DNA of 64,000 nt from Sulfurimonadaceae bacterium. Lineage in GTDB: Bacteria; Campylobacterota; Campylobacteria; Campylobacterales; Sulfurimonadaceae. The stretch covers positions 1,781 to 65,780 of the forward strand of contig JAVHOA010000120.1 in the NCBI GenBank assembly GCA_036169815.1. Direction: 5' to 3'. The translations under genes and the position numbers were made by a program. Shown in pieces: positions 60,154 to 64,000 of the stretch (within the stretch, counting starts at the first letter, position 1; each line of letters begins with the position of its first letter). Under the pieces are notes generated by a model. The model searched no databases. It saw nothing but the letters and a program-made list of their open reading frames with translations, and was not told where the DNA came from.

Positions 60154-60725
60154 TGAGCAAAAAGCTTTTCTTAATTATCGGAGCTCCAGGCTCTGGTAAA
60201 ACGACAGATGCCCAGATTATTGCAGAGCAAAACAGTGCCATTACCCACTACTCCACTGGCGATATGCTTCGTGCGGAAGTTGCGAGCGGAAGTGCACTTG
60301 GAGTCCAGATAGAAAGTTATATCTCAAAGGGGCTGATTGTCCCAATCCAAATCGCAATTGCAACCATCACAAATGCAATCAAAAATGCGCCAACGAATGC
60401 CATTATCATCGATGGGTATCCACGAAGTATGGAACAATTAAACGCTTTAGATACATACTTACAAAATGGCAGTTCGCTTGAACTCTCGAGTGTCATCGAA
60501 GTACATGTAAGCGAAGAAACTGCGCGAGATAGAGTTTTAGGACGTTTACGCGGAGCAGATGACAATACAGAAGTTTTCAACAATCGTATGCAAGTTTATA
60601 CTCAGCCACTCGCAGAGATTCAAAACTTTTATAAAGAAAAAAATATCTACCATGTTATAAGCGGAGAGGGAACGATAAATGCTATCGTTTTAGAGATGGA
60701 AAATTTCATAAATTCAAAACTCTAG
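60153..60725 (+). CDS. adk: Adenylate kinase, short (LID-less) epsilonproteobacterial type
   Basis: 190 aa. LIIGAPGSGKTT P-loop, [20 protein letters not shown]. aspS-adk synteny as in Campylobacter; 1-nt overlap with the aspS stop. Confidence 0.9.
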   Translation: MSKKLFLIIGAPGSGKTTDAQIIAEQNSAITHYSTGDMLRAEVASGSALGVQIESYISKGLIVPIQIAIATITNAIKNAPTNAIIIDGYPRSMEQLNALDTYLQNGSSLELSSVIEVHVSEETARDRVLGRLRGADDNTEVFNNRMQVYTQPLAEIQNFYKEKNIYHVISGEGTINAIVLEMENFINSKL

Positions 60726-60734
60726 GAGATTCGT

Positions 60735-60875
60735 ATGCAAAAAATCAGTTTACTTTTGACTAGTGCACTCATTTTGTCACTCAGTGGATGTTCTGCAACT
60801 TGGAATGGCGTAAAAGAGGATTCCAGCAATGCATGGGACTCTACAAAAGGCGCAATTCATAAAGCAACGGAATAG
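60735..60875 (+). CDS. Unannotated 46-aa lipoprotein, entericidin (EcnA/B)-like
   Basis: Own translation: MQKISLLLTSALILSLSGCSATWNGVKEDSSNAWDSTKGAIHKATE. AGGAG lies 7 nt upstream. Lipobox LSGC followed by a short amphipathic tail, as in entericidins. Confidence 0.5.
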   Translation: MQKISLLLTSALILSLSGCSATWNGVKEDSSNAWDSTKGAIHKATE

Positions 60876-60886
60876 ATTCCGTTTGC
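60864..60886. terminator. Hairpin between the small lipoprotein gene and the convergent second adk
   Basis: GCAACGGAAT-AG-ATTCCGTTTGC: the stem ACGGAA/TTCCGT is followed by TTGCTTTT on the plus strand. It lies between two convergent stops (60875 and 60889). Confidence 0.4.
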
Positions 60887-60888
60887 TT

Positions 60889-61539
<651 letters not shown>

Positions 61540-61599
61540 TTAATCCTATCTTTTTTTGTTGTTGCAATTATAATATATTGAGTTTAAAAGAAGCTCGAT

Positions 61600-61869
61600 T
61601 TACTCCTCATCATCCTCGTTTTGTGCAGATAAAATATCTTCATAAATCTCTTTACACTCATCATCTTCGATCTCTCCACATTCGATATCAACAAGAATAT
61701 CTTTGAGATCATCACGAAATTCGATGAGTTCATCCAACTCCTCTTTAACCTCCTCAATTGATTCGTTTTTCTTATCGGCTATAAGTTCATAAAGATCATC
61801 CATTCTCTCTTCAATATCTGGTAATACACTCTCTTTAATCAGCACTTCTAACTTTTGTGAATATGACAT
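61600..61869 (-). CDS. Hypothetical, extremely acidic 89-aa protein
   Basis: ORF MSYSQKLEVLIKES...EDILSAQNEDDEE with roughly 40 percent Asp+Glu and a predicted helical character. No family recognised. Confidence 0.45.
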   Translation of the reverse strand: MSYSQKLEVLIKESVLPDIEERMDDLYELIADKKNESIEEVKEELDELIEFRDDLKDILVDIECGEIEDDECKEIYEDILSAQNEDDEE

Positions 61870-61914
61870 TTTTTATCCTTGTAATTTTAGTGACAAAATC
61901 ATACCAAATAGTTT

Positions 61915-61926
61915 GTTACATGTAAG
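61915..61926. repeat. Single intergenic copy of the palindrome motif (GTTACATGTAAG)
   Basis: Lies in the divergent promoter region between the acidic-protein gene and the cinA-like gene. A further core copy (61986..61993) overlaps the cinA-like ATG 61989. Confidence 0.8.
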
Positions 61927-61988
61927 CCATATAAAACGATATTGCTACTATAATCATTGACTTTTATAAAGCAACAAAGGATTTCTAC

Positions 61989-62726
61989 ATGTACAACTTT
62001 TATGCCGTAATTATTGGGACAGAAATACTCAATGCAAGACGAGAGGATAAACATTTTTGTTTTATTCGCAATCTTTTAAACTCCTATGGGCACACTCTTT
62101 TTTCAAGCTTTATTATTAAAGATGACAAGCAACTCATAAGAGATGTGTATGAGCTTGTCAAAAAAGATGACAAAGCGATCCTTTTTAGTTTTGGAGGTAT
62201 CGGTTCTACGCCCGATGATCTGACTCGCCAAATAGCTGCAGAGGTGTTTACATGTAAGCCTCTAGAAAGAAATAAGAAGTTTGAGAATGATATTATTGAG
62301 CGATTTCAAGAGGAAGCTTATCCTTACCGTATTCAGATGGCTGACCTTCCGCAAAATGCCAATCTTATCAAAAATCCCATCAACAATATGTCCGCTTTTG
62401 AACTTGAACATCGATACTTTTTTGTTCCAGGATTTCCCGAAATGTCACACCCAATGCTCCAAGAGTGTGTAGAAAAATATTTTTCCACTTCGACAAAAAA
62501 AATTAGAAAAACACTCTACGCCTCTACAAGTGAAAATACGCTCATCCCACTTATGGAGGCAATCCCAGCAGATATGGAACTCTCTTCTTTGCCTATTATT
62601 GGAGAAAATGGACCTGAAGTGGAGTTATCTCTCAACTATCATGATGAAGCGATTGTAAGCCGAGAATTTGAAAAATTTATGGAGTTTTTAGATGCAAAAA
62701 ATATTGCGTTTAGACTCATCCATTAA
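61989..62726 (+). CDS. CinA-like / MoCF-biosynthesis (molybdopterin-binding) domain protein
   Basis: 245 aa. AVIIGTEIL...FSFGGIGSTPDDLT motif of the MoaB/MogA/CinA N-terminal domain. No PncC deamidase domain. Confidence 0.7.
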   Translation: MYNFYAVIIGTEILNARREDKHFCFIRNLLNSYGHTLFSSFIIKDDKQLIRDVYELVKKDDKAILFSFGGIGSTPDDLTRQIAAEVFTCKPLERNKKFENDIIERFQEEAYPYRIQMADLPQNANLIKNPINNMSAFELEHRYFFVPGFPEMSHPMLQECVEKYFSTSTKKIRKTLYASTSENTLIPLMEAIPADMELSSLPIIGENGPEVELSLNYHDEAIVSREFEKFMEFLDAKNIAFRLIH

Positions 62727-63192
62727 AATTTTCTAACAGCTCTATCATACTTTTTTTATGCGTTTTTTTGGCAAATCCAAGGGCATCAAGCCCTTTACTG
62801 TCTGTACTATTTTTTTGTGCTCCTCTTTGCAGGAGCATTACCGCTATCTCTTTGCGACCATAGCAGATAGCTCCCATAAGTGGAGTAAATTTCGAACCTC
62901 TACGTGTAAAGTTTACATCGATGCCAAAATCCAAAATCTTTTGAGTTAGCTCTATCTTATTGTACATAATCGCATAATCTAAAATACTCACACCATCTTC
63001 GTTAAAATCATCCAAATCTGCACCTTTATCAACTAAAAGCTCGATGATTTCATCATCACATCGATAACGCAAAGCCACCGCTAAAAGAGATTCGCCGCTT
63101 TCGTTGCTTGCATTGATATCTCCACCATTAATGAGATACTTTTTTAATCGCAAATAATCATTATCTTGTAAAATTTTTATCCATTCATTCAT
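62716..63192 (-). CDS. Ankyrin-repeat protein
   Basis: ORF track extends to 63201; ATG 63192 (MNEWIKIL) is preferred. Repeats of the type GESLLAVALRY...LLVDKGADLD, ..SILDYAIMYNK.., TPLMGAICYGRKEIAVMLLQRGA. Its 3' end overlaps the cinA-like 3' end by 11 bp. Confidence 0.8.
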   Translation of the reverse strand: MNEWIKILQDNDYLRLKKYLINGGDINASNESGESLLAVALRYRCDDEIIELLVDKGADLDDFNEDGVSILDYAIMYNKIELTQKILDFGIDVNFTRRGSKFTPLMGAICYGRKEIAVMLLQRGAQKNSTDSKGLDALGFAKKTHKKSMIELLENFNG

Positions 63193-63298
63193 AATAACCA
63201 CCTAATAATTTGAAATTATACACTCCATTTTTAACACGGAAGCAATTAATTTTTTTTAAGTATAATTGCAAACAAATTTTAAAAAAAGAGTTATCACT

Positions 63299-64000
63299 AT
63301 GAAAACAATAGAAACAGGCGATGCTTTTCAAGCACTCATTGAAACAATAAAATCTAATACAAAAGGCTATAAAAATCCGCTTGCTTTTGGGATTGCAAGA
63401 GTAGATTTTGGACAACTAAATAGTGATAGAGTGCTCCAAGCAACTTACCCTGTCGTCAATTGGAACGAAAATTTTGGGAGTGCTGCAATCTTCATCGAAG
63501 CCCTCCGTGAACAAGGATTTTCGGTTGATTTTACACAAAATGAAGTAGTTTGCAATATTAATCTAGCATTTTTAGAAAGTTGTTTAAATGCGTTTACCCC
63601 TTATAGTGATGAAGCGTATGGTGATGCACATAGAAATATTCAAGTTGTTGCAACACTCTACTCGCAAATGAAAGAGAATGGGTATAAAGAGGGAGAATAT
63701 AGAGTTGTATTTCTCTTTAATGATGCCCCATGTGTGAGCGTTGAAGCCACATATTTAAAACTTTACGCTCTTTCACTTGCAAAAGTAGCACTTAGAAGCA
63801 TCAATCTCAATGGTGCATTTGGTGCACTTCCAAATGTCGCATGGTCAGCAGGAACTCCAATAGAGCTTGAATGGCTCAGGGAGTTTGAGATAGAACTCAA
63901 ACTTTCAAACTCGTATCCTCATATTGATTTTGTTGATAAATTTCCAAGATTTCTACAACACATCATTCCAGCAAACAATACGCGTATTTTAGAAGCTTCA
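63299..64000 (+). CDS. dapD: 2,3,4,5-tetrahydropyridine-2,6-dicarboxylate N-succinyltransferase, long form, 5' part (runs off the right edge)
   Basis: Own translation from ATG 63299: MKTIETGDAFQALIETIKSNTKGYKNPLAFGIARVDFGQL...ATYLKLYALSLAKVALRSINLNGAFGALPNVAWSAGTPIE. The frame stays open to 64000. The YLKL..LS....NL.G.FG.LPNVAW block matches long-form DapD as I recall it. Confidence 0.7.
   Translation, partial: MKTIETGDAFQALIETIKSNTKGYKNPLAFGIARVDFGQLNSDRVLQATYPVVNWNENFGSAAIFIEALREQGFSVDFTQNEVVCNINLAFLESCLNAFTPYSDEAYGDAHRNIQVVATLYSQMKENGYKEGEYRVVFLFNDAPCVSVEATYLKLYALSLAKVALRSINLNGAFGALPNVAWSAGTPIELEWLREFEIELKLSNSYPHIDFVDKFPRFLQHIIPANNTRILEAS

Overview
This is an AT-rich chromosomal segment whose gene content and synteny are typical of Campylobacterota (Epsilonproteobacteria); the genus cannot be set from this window alone. 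Almost all of it is densely packed housekeeping DNA. From left to right: (1) a truncated trio of translationally coupled tyrosine recombinase genes (RIT-like mobile element), inserted just downstream of RNase P RNA (rnpB); (2) a ybgA-like gene and photolyase; (3) one long minus-strand TCA block, mdh-fumC-sucCD-HMA-oorDABC; (4) mltG, an AsmA/YhdP-like gene, lolC/E, secA, lolA, acnB, ftsK and flgL; (5) the dTDP-rhamnose genes rfbBDCA with galE, then tRNA-Leu; (6) queC and a Cj0414/0415-like GMC dehydrogenase pair; (7) ybeY, mrdA, engB, lptA/lptC/kdsC, hisB, rlpA, mltD, tatD, recN, nadK and tex; (8) a molybdate operon, modA-porin-modD-mop-modBC; (9) aspS-adk, a second convergent adk, and a small accessory-looking cluster (acidic protein, CinA-like, ankyrin); (10) the 5' part of dapD. 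I found no CRISPR array, prophage or recognisable defence island. The most unusual signal is not a gene. It is a 12-bp perfect palindrome, CTTACATGTAAG (core TACATGTA). I count 13 exact copies and about 40 core copies, inside genes in the two stop-free frames and in about 22-bp tandem arrays at transcript 3' ends. This pattern resembles DNA uptake sequences or cyanobacterial HIP1-type iterated palindromes. All counts were made by eye and need computational confirmation.
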